DNA of 64,000 bases from Chloroflexota bacterium (GTDB lineage: Bacteria > Chloroflexota > UBA11872), in contig JAPOXD010000028.1 in the NCBI GenBank assembly GCA_026707285.1, positions 24,350-88,349 of the forward strand, given 5' to 3'. Each line of letters opens with the position of its first letter. Position 1 is the first letter of the stretch. Position numbers and translations under genes: made by a program. Under the pieces are notes generated by a model, which worked only from the letters and a program-made list of their open reading frames with translations, was not told where the DNA came from and did no database searches. Positions 37,937 through 48,312 of the stretch are shown here, in pieces.

Positions 37937-39394
37937 CTACCGGCCGACGGTGAACGCGTAGAGCTTGGCGTTCATCAAGTAGAACTTGAGGCGGATGTTG
38001 CGTCCCTTCAACTCGTCCAGCGAGCGCTTGTCGTGCCAGGTCACTCGGTGGCTGATCGAGTCGCCGTCGAACAGGGCGCACTCATGGCGGGAGTATCCCC
38101 GGTGCTGGGTGCCGCTTTCGTCGAGGACCGCGACGCCGACGAGGCCGCCGCGCGCGGCGGCGTTGATCGTCAGCGGACCACCCGCGCATCGGAACGCCTT
38201 GGTGACCAGCGTGCCGGTGTCGTCGCCGGTGTCGTCGCCGGCGTCGACCGAGACGAAGCCGTCCATCCGCAGCTTGGCCAGGCAGATCGGCCCGCTGCGA
38301 CCAGTGACGCCGTGCTCCGTCGCGCTGGGCGAGTAGTAGAACCACAGCTCGTCGTCCACCGCCACGGGAGCGCGGGCCACAAAAATCTCGCCGGCGTCGA
38401 TGCTTCCGGGCGGGCCGTTTGGGATGAACGGCTGCCGATCGCCGGCCCGCTCCCAGCTGACGCCGTCCCGACTCGAGGCGAGCTGGACGTCGATGGCGCC
38501 GAAATTGCGGAAATTGCGCTGGATGGGCTCTTCGGGCCGGGTGTGAAAGACGTACAGCAGGCCAAGGTAGTAGCCCGAATATCGAAACACCGGCATGCCG
38601 TAGAACTCCACCGCGGGCGGGTCATGCTCGTCCGGCGCGAGGACGTCTTCGGGGTCACTCCAGTTCACGAAGTCGTCGCTCACGCAGCGCCCGATGCGGC
38701 GGGTCATGTTGCCTTCGCGCATCGTGGGTCGGGCATACGCGACGTAGCAGCCGTGCAGGTCATCCCAGCCAAAGAGCGTGTGGCTGTCGCTGGACCTGGT
38801 GATCACGGGGTTGCCCGGGTGCTTGGTCCACCGCAGCCCGTCTGGCGAAAATGCCACGGAGACGCCCTGGTCGATGTGGAGCGAGCCCAGCGCCGCACAG
38901 TCTTGATCCTCGAAGAACAGCGACTTGTAGCGCCGGTCGGGGTCCGGGTCGCGGGTGTCCTCGATCACATTGGCGAATGCCGCGTTCGCAATCACGACGT
39001 TGTTATCGGTGGCGCCGTCGAACTCGACCAGGCCGAGGTTGGGCCGCTCCCAGTGGATGCCGTCGTGCGAGGTGGCGTAGCAGATGCTGTATTGGAGGTT
39101 CCGCATGTCGAAGTCGAGGTCCTCCAGGTGGGTGCCCGTCAGGTCCAGGCCCATGCGGGCGACGCCCATGCCGCCCATGCCCTGGTACCACATCCGGAAA
39201 CCGCCGTCCGGGTCGCGCCAGACTGTGCCAAAAAGCTCCAGCCGGCCTTCCCACGGATAGAGCGGAATCATGACGGGATTGCCGACGTATTTCTCGGGCT
39301 GATTGAGGCTCCGCGTGACGCCGACGGTCTCGTCGATGACGAGATCGTCGATGAAGAGCTGCTTCTGGCTGCCGAATTCCAACGGTTGCGTCAT
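37937..39394 (-). CDS. Beta-propeller glycoside-hydrolase-like protein (GH32/43/117/130-clan-like) with C-terminal beta-sandwich
   Basis: About 485 aa. Repeated W/D-containing blade motifs, an RDP motif, and an acidic catalytic-like residue pattern. The start at 39394 is supported by a GAGGA RBS. Family assignment is tentative. Confidence 0.4.
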   Translation of the reverse strand: MTQPLEFGSQKQLFIDDLVIDETVGVTRSLNQPEKYVGNPVMIPLYPWEGRLELFGTVWRDPDGGFRMWYQGMGGMGVARMGLDLTGTHLEDLDFDMRNLQYSICYATSHDGIHWERPNLGLVEFDGATDNNVVIANAAFANVIEDTRDPDPDRRYKSLFFEDQDCAALGSLHIDQGVSVAFSPDGLRWTKHPGNPVITRSSDSHTLFGWDDLHGCYVAYARPTMREGNMTRRIGRCVSDDFVNWSDPEDVLAPDEHDPPAVEFYGMPVFRYSGYYLGLLYVFHTRPEEPIQRNFRNFGAIDVQLASSRDGVSWERAGDRQPFIPNGPPGSIDAGEIFVARAPVAVDDELWFYYSPSATEHGVTGRSGPICLAKLRMDGFVSVDAGDDTGDDTGTLVTKAFRCAGGPLTINAAARGGLVGVAVLDESGTQHRGYSRHECALFDGDSISHRVTWHDKRSLDELKGRNIRLKFYLMNAKLYAFTVGR

Positions 39395-39504
39395 CGGCCC
39401 GTCCTCGTATTTAGTGCCGTGCCTTGATTCTCGCAAGTCGAACGCCCGCGGTTCCGCGGGGCGCCGATCGAATCTGCACCGACCCGGCCAATAGACCGTT
39501 TGGG

Positions 39505-41301
39505 CTATTCCTGCGCGGCGTCTGGCTGCAGGAACTGCAGGTCGCAGAGCCGTCGGTACAAGTCGCAGCGCTCGTATAGCTCGTCATGGCGGCCGGTGTC
39601 CAGCACGCGGCCCTCGTCGAGCACCACGATTGAATCCGCGCGGCGCACGGTGGCGAGCCGGTGAGCGATGACGAGGGTCGTTCGACCGGCGGCCGCGCGC
39701 GCGAGCGCTTCCTGCACCAGCCGTTCGGACTCGGCATCGAGCGACGACGTGGCTTCGTCGAGGATGAGGATGCGCGGGTCACCGAGGATGGCCCGCGCAA
39801 TGGCCACCCGCTGGATCTGTCCGCCCGAGAGGCGCAGGCCGCGCTCACCGATGTGTGTGTCGTAGCCATCCTCGGTGTCGGATATGAAGTCGTGCGCGTT
39901 GGCGATCGTTGCGGCCTCGACCATTCGGTCGCTTCCGAAGTCGTCACGCCCAAGCCGAATGTTCTGCTCGATCGAGCCGTCGAACAGCACGGGATCCTGA
40001 AAGACGACGCCGAGCCGCTCACGCACGACCGATGCGTCGACCCCGGCGATGTCGGTTCCATCGATGCGGATACGGCCGCTGGTCGGCTCATAGAACCGCA
40101 GTACCAGGCTGGTGAGCGTTGTCTTGCCCGCGCCGCTGGGGCCGACCACGGCGACGGTTTCTCCCGGATTGGCGCGAAAGCTCACGTCGCGCAGTACGGC
40201 ATCGCTATCCGGGTAGGCGAACGACACACTGTCGAAGCGAATCTCTCCGCGTTCACCCACAGGCTGGGTGGTCGTCGCGGGTGGCGCTGGCCCGGGACCG
40301 GAGTCGAGGAACGCGAACACGCGGCGAGCGGCGCCGGCCGCCACCTGCATGCGGGAGTAATCGGAGACGGCGTTGCCTACCGGTGCACCGAGTTGGAGCA
40401 TGTACTGGCCGGCCGCCACGAGCATTCCCAGTTGTACGGCCCCATCCACCACGGCGCCGGCGAGAACGGCCCAGATTGCGATGTAGATCAGCCAATACAG
40501 GACATTTGGCGCCCATCGCAGGCTATTGAACAGCGACAGATGGACTTGCGCCCGCCACAGTCCATCCGCCTCAGTGCCGACACGCTCGCCCGCCCAGGTT
40601 TGGCGGTTCGCAGCCTTGATGTCGCGCACTCCCCCGGCCATGTCGGTAAGCACGGCCGACAGCCGCCCGACAGCATCCTGGACGCGTCCGCTGGCTGCCC
40701 GCGTGGTGCCGCGAAGCTTCGTCGCCATCAGCGCATGCAGTGGCAGCGAACTGAGCGCAATCACGCCCAGGCGCCAGTCGATGGCAAAGAGGATTGCCAG
40801 ATACGCCGGCAGACGGAACGCCTGGGCGAACACCAGCGAGACGAAATCCAAAAAGACACCGGCGATCACGGTGGCGTCGGAGCTCAGGTGTGCGGCGATG
40901 TCGCCAGTCCGGCGGGCGCGGACTTCGCTGAGCGGCATCCGCTGGGCGTGCCGTAGAACGTCAGAGCGAAGCCTGAGCATCGCGCCCTGGGCCGCGCGCT
41001 CGTGGAACCAGTGGCCGACCGTCGCATCGATGGCCGTCACGATGCCCACGGCGCCGATCGCGATCAGCACCGGCACCAGCAAATCACGATTCCCTTGCCC
41101 AAACACGTCGTCGATGATGAGGTGCAACAGCCATGGGCGAACGATCCAGATCACCGAGTTGCCGAGCGTCGCCCCAATGGCCACCGAGTAATCCCAGCCG
41201 CTGGGCCGCATGTAGGCCCACAAGCGTCGCACCAGTGCCCGATCCGAGAGCTCCGGCGTCGCGCGAGGTGCGACCTGGTCGGCTGGCAACGCAGTGCTCA
41301 T
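39505..41301 (-). CDS. ABC exporter half-transporter (TMD-NBD fusion)
   Basis: Six-TM type I exporter domain followed by an NBD (GPSGAGKTT, LSGGQIQRVAIARA, ILILDEATSSLD). The start at 41301 overlaps the upstream stop (ATGA). Confidence 0.85.
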   Translation of the reverse strand: MSTALPADQVAPRATPELSDRALVRRLWAYMRPSGWDYSVAIGATLGNSVIWIVRPWLLHLIIDDVFGQGNRDLLVPVLIAIGAVGIVTAIDATVGHWFHERAAQGAMLRLRSDVLRHAQRMPLSEVRARRTGDIAAHLSSDATVIAGVFLDFVSLVFAQAFRLPAYLAILFAIDWRLGVIALSSLPLHALMATKLRGTTRAASGRVQDAVGRLSAVLTDMAGGVRDIKAANRQTWAGERVGTEADGLWRAQVHLSLFNSLRWAPNVLYWLIYIAIWAVLAGAVVDGAVQLGMLVAAGQYMLQLGAPVGNAVSDYSRMQVAAGAARRVFAFLDSGPGPAPPATTTQPVGERGEIRFDSVSFAYPDSDAVLRDVSFRANPGETVAVVGPSGAGKTTLTSLVLRFYEPTSGRIRIDGTDIAGVDASVVRERLGVVFQDPVLFDGSIEQNIRLGRDDFGSDRMVEAATIANAHDFISDTEDGYDTHIGERGLRLSGGQIQRVAIARAILGDPRILILDEATSSLDAESERLVQEALARAAAGRTTLVIAHRLATVRRADSIVVLDEGRVLDTGRHDELYERCDLYRRLCDLQFLQPDAAQE

Positions 41302-43097
41302 GGGGCGGCCGCCGGCTGCACCATCTGTAGATCGCACAGATCGCGGTACAAGTCGCACCGCTCGTAGAGCTCGTCATGTCGACCGCGGTCAACGACACGA
41401 CCGGCGTCGAGCACGACGATCTCGTTAGCCCGCCGGACTGTTGCCAGCCGGTGGGCAATCACGATCGTGGTGCGCCCGCCCATGCTTGCCGACATCGCGG
41501 CCATCACGTCGCGTTCAGCCTCGGCGTCGAGCGAGGAGGTTGCCTCGTCGAGCACGAGGATCTTGGGGTCGGGCGCGATGGCGCGCGCGATGGCGATCCG
41601 TTGCACCTGGCCGCCCGACAAGCCGAGCCCGCGTTCGCCGAGACTGGTCTCGTAGCCCCCCGGCAGCTCCTCGATAAATTCCGCGGCGCGGGCGATGCGT
41701 GCCGATTCCTTGATCCGCGCCAGGTCAATGTCATCGCGACCGAAGCTGATGTTTTCACCGATCGATCCGGTAAACAGCGCCGGGTCCTGGAACACGACGC
41801 CGACGTGGCGCCGCACCTGCGTTGGACCGGTTTCCGAGATGTCGCGACCGTCAATGGCGATGGAGCCTTCGTGGGGACGGACGAAGCCAAGCAGGGCGTT
41901 GACGGCCGTCGACTTGCCGGCGCCCGTGGGGCCAACGAGGGCAGTCAGCTTCCCGGCAGGCACCGTGAAGGACACGCCCTGAAGCACGTTTGGGCCGGAC
42001 GCGAAGGCCACGCTGACGTCACGAAACTCAATCTCGCCGCGCGGCACGGACAGCTCTGATGAGGCTTGGTCCGCGGCCGGCTCACCCGATGTATCGATGA
42101 AGCCAAACAGCCGCCCGGCTGCGCCAACGGCGTTCTGAAGTTCTACATACGCGATGGTGAGTGGGAACACCGAAAAGTCCAGCCAGGCAAAGTAGCCAAC
42201 CATGGCAAGGGCGAAGCCGATGGTGACCGTGCCCTGAAAAATGCCGTCGGCCAGCACGGCGAAGATTCCCGCGTGAATCAACCAAAACACGGCATTGAGG
42301 GCGTAAGACCAGCCGCGGACGGTCCCCTGATAGACGCCCGCGCGCAACATCGCACGCAGGCCCAGGCGTAAGCGCTGGAGGGACCAGGCCTCCGCATTGA
42401 ACGCTCGGAGATCCCGTGTGCCGGCGACGAGTTCCGTGGCGAGGCCGCCGAGCTGGCCGGTTGCGTCCTGCATTCGGCGGCTTGCCCGGGCTTGGTGCCG
42501 CCGGTTCATCCAGGGCACGAGCATGTAGACAGGAACGATCGCCGCCGCCGCGACCCCAAATCGCCAGTCGAAGATGGCAATTACCGCGACTACGACGACG
42601 AGCTGTATTGCCGACGCGATTCCTTGTCCGTACGACTCTTGGTAGGCGGTGAGGACTGCCTCCGCGTCCGACGTGAAATGCGTAACGATTTCGCCCCGAC
42701 GGTGCCGCCGGAAATACGTCAGCGGCAGGCGAAACAAGTGCCGCATGAGGTGCGCCCGCAGCACGTTGACGGCGCGGGCGCCCGCGCGAGTGAAGAGATA
42801 GCGACTGAGAATGGAAAGAGCCGCCGTCAATACCGCCAGTATCCCGAGGGCCGCCAGCACCGGCGGCAGCAACTCCAGCTTGCCCGCAATCGCAACGTCG
42901 TCGACAAGCGCCTTGGTGAGCAATGGGACGGGAATCTCTGCACTCACCGCGAGCAGGGAGGCGGCGATGGCGCCCGCCTGCGCACGCCAATGCGGCTGCA
43001 AATAGGCGGCCAAACGGCGGACGGTCGTTGCAGTGCTGGGTGGTGAGGCTTCCATGTGAGTCGCTGAGGCCGCGAGGGCGGTCAAGCTAGACCGCAC
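41298..43097 (-). CDS. ABC exporter half-transporter (TMD-NBD fusion)
   Basis: TMD followed by an NBD (GPTGAGKST, LSGGQVQRIAIARA, ILVLDEATSSLD). Confidence 0.85.
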   Translation of the reverse strand: MRSSLTALAASATHMEASPPSTATTVRRLAAYLQPHWRAQAGAIAASLLAVSAEIPVPLLTKALVDDVAIAGKLELLPPVLAALGILAVLTAALSILSRYLFTRAGARAVNVLRAHLMRHLFRLPLTYFRRHRRGEIVTHFTSDAEAVLTAYQESYGQGIASAIQLVVVVAVIAIFDWRFGVAAAAIVPVYMLVPWMNRRHQARASRRMQDATGQLGGLATELVAGTRDLRAFNAEAWSLQRLRLGLRAMLRAGVYQGTVRGWSYALNAVFWLIHAGIFAVLADGIFQGTVTIGFALAMVGYFAWLDFSVFPLTIAYVELQNAVGAAGRLFGFIDTSGEPAADQASSELSVPRGEIEFRDVSVAFASGPNVLQGVSFTVPAGKLTALVGPTGAGKSTAVNALLGFVRPHEGSIAIDGRDISETGPTQVRRHVGVVFQDPALFTGSIGENISFGRDDIDLARIKESARIARAAEFIEELPGGYETSLGERGLGLSGGQVQRIAIARAIAPDPKILVLDEATSSLDAEAERDVMAAMSASMGGRTTIVIAHRLATVRRANEIVVLDAGRVVDRGRHDELYERCDLYRDLCDLQMVQPAAAP

Positions 43098-43168
43098 CTA
43101 AGGTCTGCGTAGACCGTTTTCGCGGCGTGATCGAGGCAGCGAAGCGAGAGGTTAGCAGATGGCTCGGG

Positions 43169-44959
43169 CTATGCCGTGGCCGGGTCGGGCTGTAGGAATT
43201 GCAAGTCGCAGAGCCGGCGGTAAAGGTCGCAGCGGTCGTAGAGCTCCTCGTGCCGGCCGCTATCGAGCACGCGGCCATCGTCAAGAACCACGATCGAATC
43301 CGCACGGCGCACGGTGGCGAGCCGATGGGCAATCACGATGGTCGTGCGACCGTGTGAGGCGCGCGCCAGCGCTTCCTGCGCCAGGCGTTCCGACTCGGCG
43401 TCCAGCGCCGAGGTGGCCTCGTCGAGTACGAGGATGCGCGGGTCGGCGGCGACGGCGCGGGCAATTGCGACCCGCTGCGCCTGGCCGCCCGAAAGCCGCA
43501 GGCCGCGCTCGCCGATGCGGGTCGCGTAGCCGTGCTCGGTGGCGGTGATGAAGTCGTGTGCGTTGGCAATAGTGGCCGCGCGCTCGACTTGTACGTCGGT
43601 TAGCTCCTCACGGCCGAAGCGAATGTTCTCGCGGATGGCCCCCTCGAACAGCATGGGGTCCTGGAACACGACTCCGAAGGATACGCGCAGCGACGCGGGA
43701 TCAAGGGCGCCGGTGTCGTGGCCGTCAACGGTGATGCGACCGGATGCCGGATCGACAAAGCGGAGCAGCAGGTTGATCAGCGTCGTCTTGCCGGCGCCAC
43801 TCGGTCCCACGACCGCCAGGGTCGTGCCGGGCGCCGTGCGAAAGCTGACCTCACGCAAGACCGGCTGGGCATCGTCGTAGCTGAAGGCGACACGCTCGAA
43901 GCGCACCTCACCGTCCCGGATCGGCGGCGCCGTGACCGCGGCCCCGCTCGGCTCCACGGGCGTGTCCAGGAATGCGAAGACGCGACGCGCCGCTCCCAGC
44001 GCCGTCTGGATCTCGACGTATGCAGACACGATGAGTCGCGACGGCGTCTCGAGCATCAGGAAGTAAAAGCTCAGCGCCAATACGAGTCCCAGGGTGATCT
44101 GGCCCTCGACCGCCGGGCGGGCCAGCACGACCCAGATCGCCGCAAACGAGCCCCAGTAGACGACCGTCTGGACCAGGGCGATGCCTTGCACCACGACCAG
44201 GCGCAGGCGCCCGCGCCACAGCCGGCGCGCCGCGACGCGCAGCCGCCGGCCGGCCCAATCCTCGCGATTGAAGGCCTTGAGATCACGGGCGCCTCCCACG
44301 AACTCGGTCAGCAGCGCCGACAAATCGGCCATGGCGTCCTGGACGCGCTGGCTGGCGCCCTGCACCCTGCCTTGCATCAGCACCGGCAGAAAGGCATAGA
44401 ACGGGATCAAGGCCGTGGCGAGGAGGCCGAAGCGCCAGTCCACCGCGAAGATGATGGCCACGACCGCCAGCACACGAAGGCTCGAAATGGCGACTTCCGA
44501 AAACACGCGCTGGTAGACCCCGCCGATCGCGGTGGCGTCGGAGGTGAAGTGCGCCACAACTTCGCCGGTCCGATGCCGACGCAAGCTGATCAAGGGCAGG
44601 CGATGCGCGTGGTGCAGGATGTCGGTTCGCAAGAGGTTCATGGCACGTTCGCCCACGCGGGCGTAGCCGTACTCGGCGGCGTATCCCAACCCGACAAGGA
44701 CCACCTCCAGCGCGAACATAGCGACGAGCACCGGCGCCAGCAGCGCCTCATTTGCCTGGCCGAAGACATCGTCGACCAGCAGCTTGATGAGCCAGGGACG
44801 AGCGAGCACAAACACCGAGGCCGCGGCAGCTGCCAGCGTCGCAAGCGCGCCGGTCAGCCAGTACGGACGGGCATAGCCCAGTAGGCGCACGAACGTGGAC
44901 CAGGCGCCCGGGGCGCCGGCGGACTTGCCCTGGGCCGCTGCCATCGCCTGCGCGCTCAT
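43169..44959 (-). CDS. ABC exporter half-transporter (TMD-NBD fusion)
   Basis: TMD followed by an NBD (GPSGAGKTT, LSGGQAQRVAIARA, ILVLDEATSALD). ATGA overlap with the upstream gene. Confidence 0.85.
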   Translation of the reverse strand: MSAQAMAAAQGKSAGAPGAWSTFVRLLGYARPYWLTGALATLAAAAASVFVLARPWLIKLLVDDVFGQANEALLAPVLVAMFALEVVLVGLGYAAEYGYARVGERAMNLLRTDILHHAHRLPLISLRRHRTGEVVAHFTSDATAIGGVYQRVFSEVAISSLRVLAVVAIIFAVDWRFGLLATALIPFYAFLPVLMQGRVQGASQRVQDAMADLSALLTEFVGGARDLKAFNREDWAGRRLRVAARRLWRGRLRLVVVQGIALVQTVVYWGSFAAIWVVLARPAVEGQITLGLVLALSFYFLMLETPSRLIVSAYVEIQTALGAARRVFAFLDTPVEPSGAAVTAPPIRDGEVRFERVAFSYDDAQPVLREVSFRTAPGTTLAVVGPSGAGKTTLINLLLRFVDPASGRITVDGHDTGALDPASLRVSFGVVFQDPMLFEGAIRENIRFGREELTDVQVERAATIANAHDFITATEHGYATRIGERGLRLSGGQAQRVAIARAVAADPRILVLDEATSALDAESERLAQEALARASHGRTTIVIAHRLATVRRADSIVVLDDGRVLDSGRHEELYDRCDLYRRLCDLQFLQPDPATA

Positions 44960-46755
44960 GGGTTAACTGCGCCGTTGGAAGTCATCTGCAAGTCGCAGAG
45001 TTCGCGGTAGAGATCACAGCGTTCGTAGAGCTCGTCGTGCCGGCCGGCATCCACGACCTTGCCCGCATCGAGCAACACGATGTGATCCGCGCCGCGCACG
45101 GTCGCCAGCCGGTGCGCGATCACCAGCATGGTGCGGTCGGCGGCGGCCCGCTCCAATGCCGCTTGTACCAGGCGCTCAGCCTCGGCGTCGAGCGCCGAGG
45201 TGGCCTCGTCGAGGACGAGGATCCGCGGGTCGGCGGCGATGGCCCGGGCAATCGCGATGCGCTGCGCCTGCCCGCCGGAGAGCCGCAGGCCGCGTTCGCC
45301 AATCTGGGTCGCGTAGCCCTGCGGCATGGCCGATATGAAATCGTGGGCATTCGCGATGGTGGCCGCCTCGACGACCCGCGCTTCCGAGATATCGTCTCGG
45401 CCAAACCTGATGTTGTCGGCCACCGTGCCGGCGAAGAGCACAGGGTCCTGGAACACGACGCCCACGTGGCGCCGCAACTCGGCTGCGGTGACCGCGGCCA
45501 GGTCATGTCCATCCACGAGGATGCGACCGCCGCTCGGCTGCAGGAAGCGCAGCAGCAAGTTCGCGATGGTGGTCTTGCCGGAGCCGCTGGGACCGACCAA
45601 GGCCGTGGTCCGACCGGCGGGCGCCGTGAAGCTCACGTCTTGGATCACGGGCGCGCCGCTTTCGTAGGCGGCGTTGACGTGCTCGAAGTCAATCTCGCCA
45701 CGGATTTCCGGCAGGCCGCGCGCGGCGTCCGGTTTCGCCGACTCCGTAGGCGTGTCGAGGAACGCGAACAGACGTCCTGCGGCGCCCAGGGCGTGCTGGG
45801 TCTCGGCGTAAGCGCCCATCAGCGCGAATGCCGGCCCCACGAGGTACAACATGTATTGCGCCAGCGCGAGCACCACGCCGAGTTTGACCTCGCCGCCAAG
45901 GATGGCGCCCGCGAGCACGGCAAAGATCGCCACCCGAATCAGTTCGTGGATGACGGTGAAGAAGAGCCGAGTGTGCCGCAATGTCGCGACGCGCAGGCGA
46001 GCGCTGAATAGCCGGCGTAAGTCGCTCGCCAGGCGGCGCGCTGCCCAGCCCTGTCGGTTGAAGGCCTTGATCTCTCGAGCGCCGGCGACGAGCTCGGTCG
46101 ACAGGCCGCCGAGCGCGGCCATAGCCGACTGCTCCCGTTCACCTGCCCGGCGTTGCGGGCGGCCGAGCAGTGCGGGCAGAGTCGCCTGGAGCGGAATGAC
46201 GCCAAGCGACACGAGGACAAAGCGCCAGTCGATCAGCCCGACTACCAGCAGCATGACGGCGAGCTCGATAACGGCGGCCGGGGCGGCGCCGAAAGTCGCG
46301 CGATAGACGCCCGTCACTGCGACGGAGTCGGTGGTGAAGTGCGCCACGACCTCGCCGGTCCGTTGACGCCGGAAATAGGCGAGCGGCAGCCGCAGCGTGT
46401 GGTCCATCAGGCGCGTGCGGAGGTCGTTGATCGCCTGCTCGCCAGCGGTGGTGTACAGATAGTTGGATGCCAGAAGGAGACCGGCCGTGGCCACGGCCGC
46501 CGCGACGATGCCCGCCGCCGCCGGCCCGAGCAGGTCCAGGTTCCCGGCCCCCACGACGTCGTCGATGAGGATCTTGGTCAGCCAGGGAAAGGGTAGGAAG
46601 GTGGCCACAACCAGGACCGACGACATGATCGCCGCCGCCTGCCAGCGCCAGTGCGGCCGTAGGTAGGCTGCCAGGCGGCGGAGGAGCCAAACGGTGTTGG
46701 GCGATTGGGCCGACGCTGCGTCGCTCATCGTGCCTCCCTCGGTCGAGGGTGCCAT
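44956..46755 (-). CDS. ABC exporter half-transporter (TMD-NBD fusion)
   Basis: TMD followed by an NBD (GPSGSGKTT, LSGGQAQRIAIARA, ILVLDEATSALD). Confidence 0.85.
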   Translation of the reverse strand: MAPSTEGGTMSDAASAQSPNTVWLLRRLAAYLRPHWRWQAAAIMSSVLVVATFLPFPWLTKILIDDVVGAGNLDLLGPAAAGIVAAAVATAGLLLASNYLYTTAGEQAINDLRTRLMDHTLRLPLAYFRRQRTGEVVAHFTTDSVAVTGVYRATFGAAPAAVIELAVMLLVVGLIDWRFVLVSLGVIPLQATLPALLGRPQRRAGEREQSAMAALGGLSTELVAGAREIKAFNRQGWAARRLASDLRRLFSARLRVATLRHTRLFFTVIHELIRVAIFAVLAGAILGGEVKLGVVLALAQYMLYLVGPAFALMGAYAETQHALGAAGRLFAFLDTPTESAKPDAARGLPEIRGEIDFEHVNAAYESGAPVIQDVSFTAPAGRTTALVGPSGSGKTTIANLLLRFLQPSGGRILVDGHDLAAVTAAELRRHVGVVFQDPVLFAGTVADNIRFGRDDISEARVVEAATIANAHDFISAMPQGYATQIGERGLRLSGGQAQRIAIARAIAADPRILVLDEATSALDAEAERLVQAALERAAADRTMLVIAHRLATVRGADHIVLLDAGKVVDAGRHDELYERCDLYRELCDLQMTSNGAVNP

Positions 46756-46789
46756 AGCCCGCCCGGTGCCGCATGCGGTGAGGAATCGC

Positions 46790-47998
46790 CTAGATTTGCA
46801 ACCCGTCCGTTGCGACCGTGAAGGCGTCGGCGTTGCGCAGCGTGGCGGCCCGCGCTTCGACCGTTGGTAACAGCCGGCGATTCGACGCGAAGGGCACGGT
46901 CACCTCGTGCAGGCCGCCGTGTGAGCGGAGGCGGGAGGCGCTGAGGACCGATAGATCGTGCGCGCCGGGCGCTCGACCCAGGACGGAGCCGCGGTCGCTG
47001 AGCAGGACGACGTCGCCGATGCGATCGGCGGGCAGCTCGTATTTGACGGCGGCTTCGCTCCTGGGCAGGGCGTCGTCAATGCGCGGGTCTTCGCGCAGGC
47101 GCTGGATGGCCGCATCCACCTGATCGGGCGGGAGATAGACGGTGGCAAATGACCCGAGGCCCGCGTGGTGCGTCACGTGCGGATCGGTCACCGGCAGCAC
47201 CACCCGGAACGGCCCGGGCACCGCCCCGTCCAGCAGCGTTTCCAGGTAGACGATGTTGGGCGTGCCGTCGGGATGGCATTTGTCGTTCATGCCGTGGTCG
47301 GCGGTCAGCAGGATCACGGCCCCGAGCGCGTCGAGCTCGGCGAGGCGGCGGTCGAGCGACGTGTAGAAGGCGTCGGCTTCGGGCGAGCCGGGCGCGTAGG
47401 TGTGCTGCACGAAGTCCGTGAGCGACAGATAGCACAGGTCGGCCAGGCGGTCGCGCGCGAGGTAGACGCCGCAGGCCATGACGAAGTCGCTCATTTGGCC
47501 GGAATAGATGCCGGGATTGCTCCGACCCATGCGCCGGGTGACACCCGCGATGCCGTGCTCGTGCTCGGTAGTCTCGTGGGCCAGCTCGCCGGAGAAGCAG
47601 ATGCCGCGCCAGCCGGTGGCCAGCATGGTGCGCAGCTTGTCCTTGGCCGTGATGGCGGCCACGCGGCGGCCTTCGCGGCTGAACCTGGCGAAGAGCGACT
47701 CGCAGCGCAGGAATCGCGGGTGGTCCATCATCACCTCGACCTCGCGCTTGGCGTCGTAGAAGTAATTCCCCGAGATTCCGTGGGCCGCCGGCGGCCGGCC
47801 GGTGACGATGGTCATGTTGTTGGGGTTGGTGAACGATGGAATCGCCGCCGGGACGAGGTGATACGCGCCCTCGCGCTGGAAGCGGGCCAGCGTGGGCATG
47901 CACCCGTGGTCGATGGCCGCGTCCACGTAGGCCGGGTCGGCGCCGTCGGCGCAGATCACGACCACGGGCGAATGGGTTACAGGCAACGGCGGCCTCAC
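46790..47998 (-). CDS. Phosphonoacetate hydrolase-like enzyme (alkaline phosphatase superfamily, type I phosphodiesterase/NPP fold)
   Basis: VVICADGADPAYV, SFTNPNNMTIVTG, ITAKDKLR, LTADHGMN, LRSHGG. This pattern matches my recollection of PhnA phosphonoacetate hydrolase. The substrate is not certain. Confidence 0.6.
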   Translation of the reverse strand: MRPPLPVTHSPVVVICADGADPAYVDAAIDHGCMPTLARFQREGAYHLVPAAIPSFTNPNNMTIVTGRPPAAHGISGNYFYDAKREVEVMMDHPRFLRCESLFARFSREGRRVAAITAKDKLRTMLATGWRGICFSGELAHETTEHEHGIAGVTRRMGRSNPGIYSGQMSDFVMACGVYLARDRLADLCYLSLTDFVQHTYAPGSPEADAFYTSLDRRLAELDALGAVILLTADHGMNDKCHPDGTPNIVYLETLLDGAVPGPFRVVLPVTDPHVTHHAGLGSFATVYLPPDQVDAAIQRLREDPRIDDALPRSEAAVKYELPADRIGDVVLLSDRGSVLGRAPGAHDLSVLSASRLRSHGGLHEVTVPFASNRRLLPTVEARAATLRNADAFTVATDGLQI

Positions 47999-48200
47999 GT
48001 TCAGCCTTCGGGTCCACGCCAGTCTAATGGCGTCGCCGGCTCCCGGCGGCTTGGTGGTCTGGACTGAGTTTCTTGGCGTGTTCGGGGTTTAACTTCGTCT
48101 ACGAAGTTTCAATCCGCTCCGTGGGCCGGGGTGCCGCCCCTTGTCGCGTCATTCGAACGAATGTGAGGAATCCAAGGACGTTGTGCCTTTTTCCCACCCC

Positions 48201-48230
48201 TTAGATTCCTCGCTGCGCTCGGACTGACAG
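48201..48230. repeat. Direct repeat copy A (TAGATTCCTCGCTGCGCTCGGACTGAC); copy B at 49107..49139
   Basis: Near-identical ~27-nt elements (2 mismatches) flank the PhyH-family gene at 48313..49062. Copy B is followed by the tandem half-repeat TCGGAGTGACCGAG. Confidence 0.45.
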
Positions 48231-48312
48231 TTTGAAGGTTCACGTGCGGAGCACGTTCCAAGTCAACGCTATCCTCGCAGCGATTCCGATGTAGTCGATC
48301 GTGGAGGGAGTA

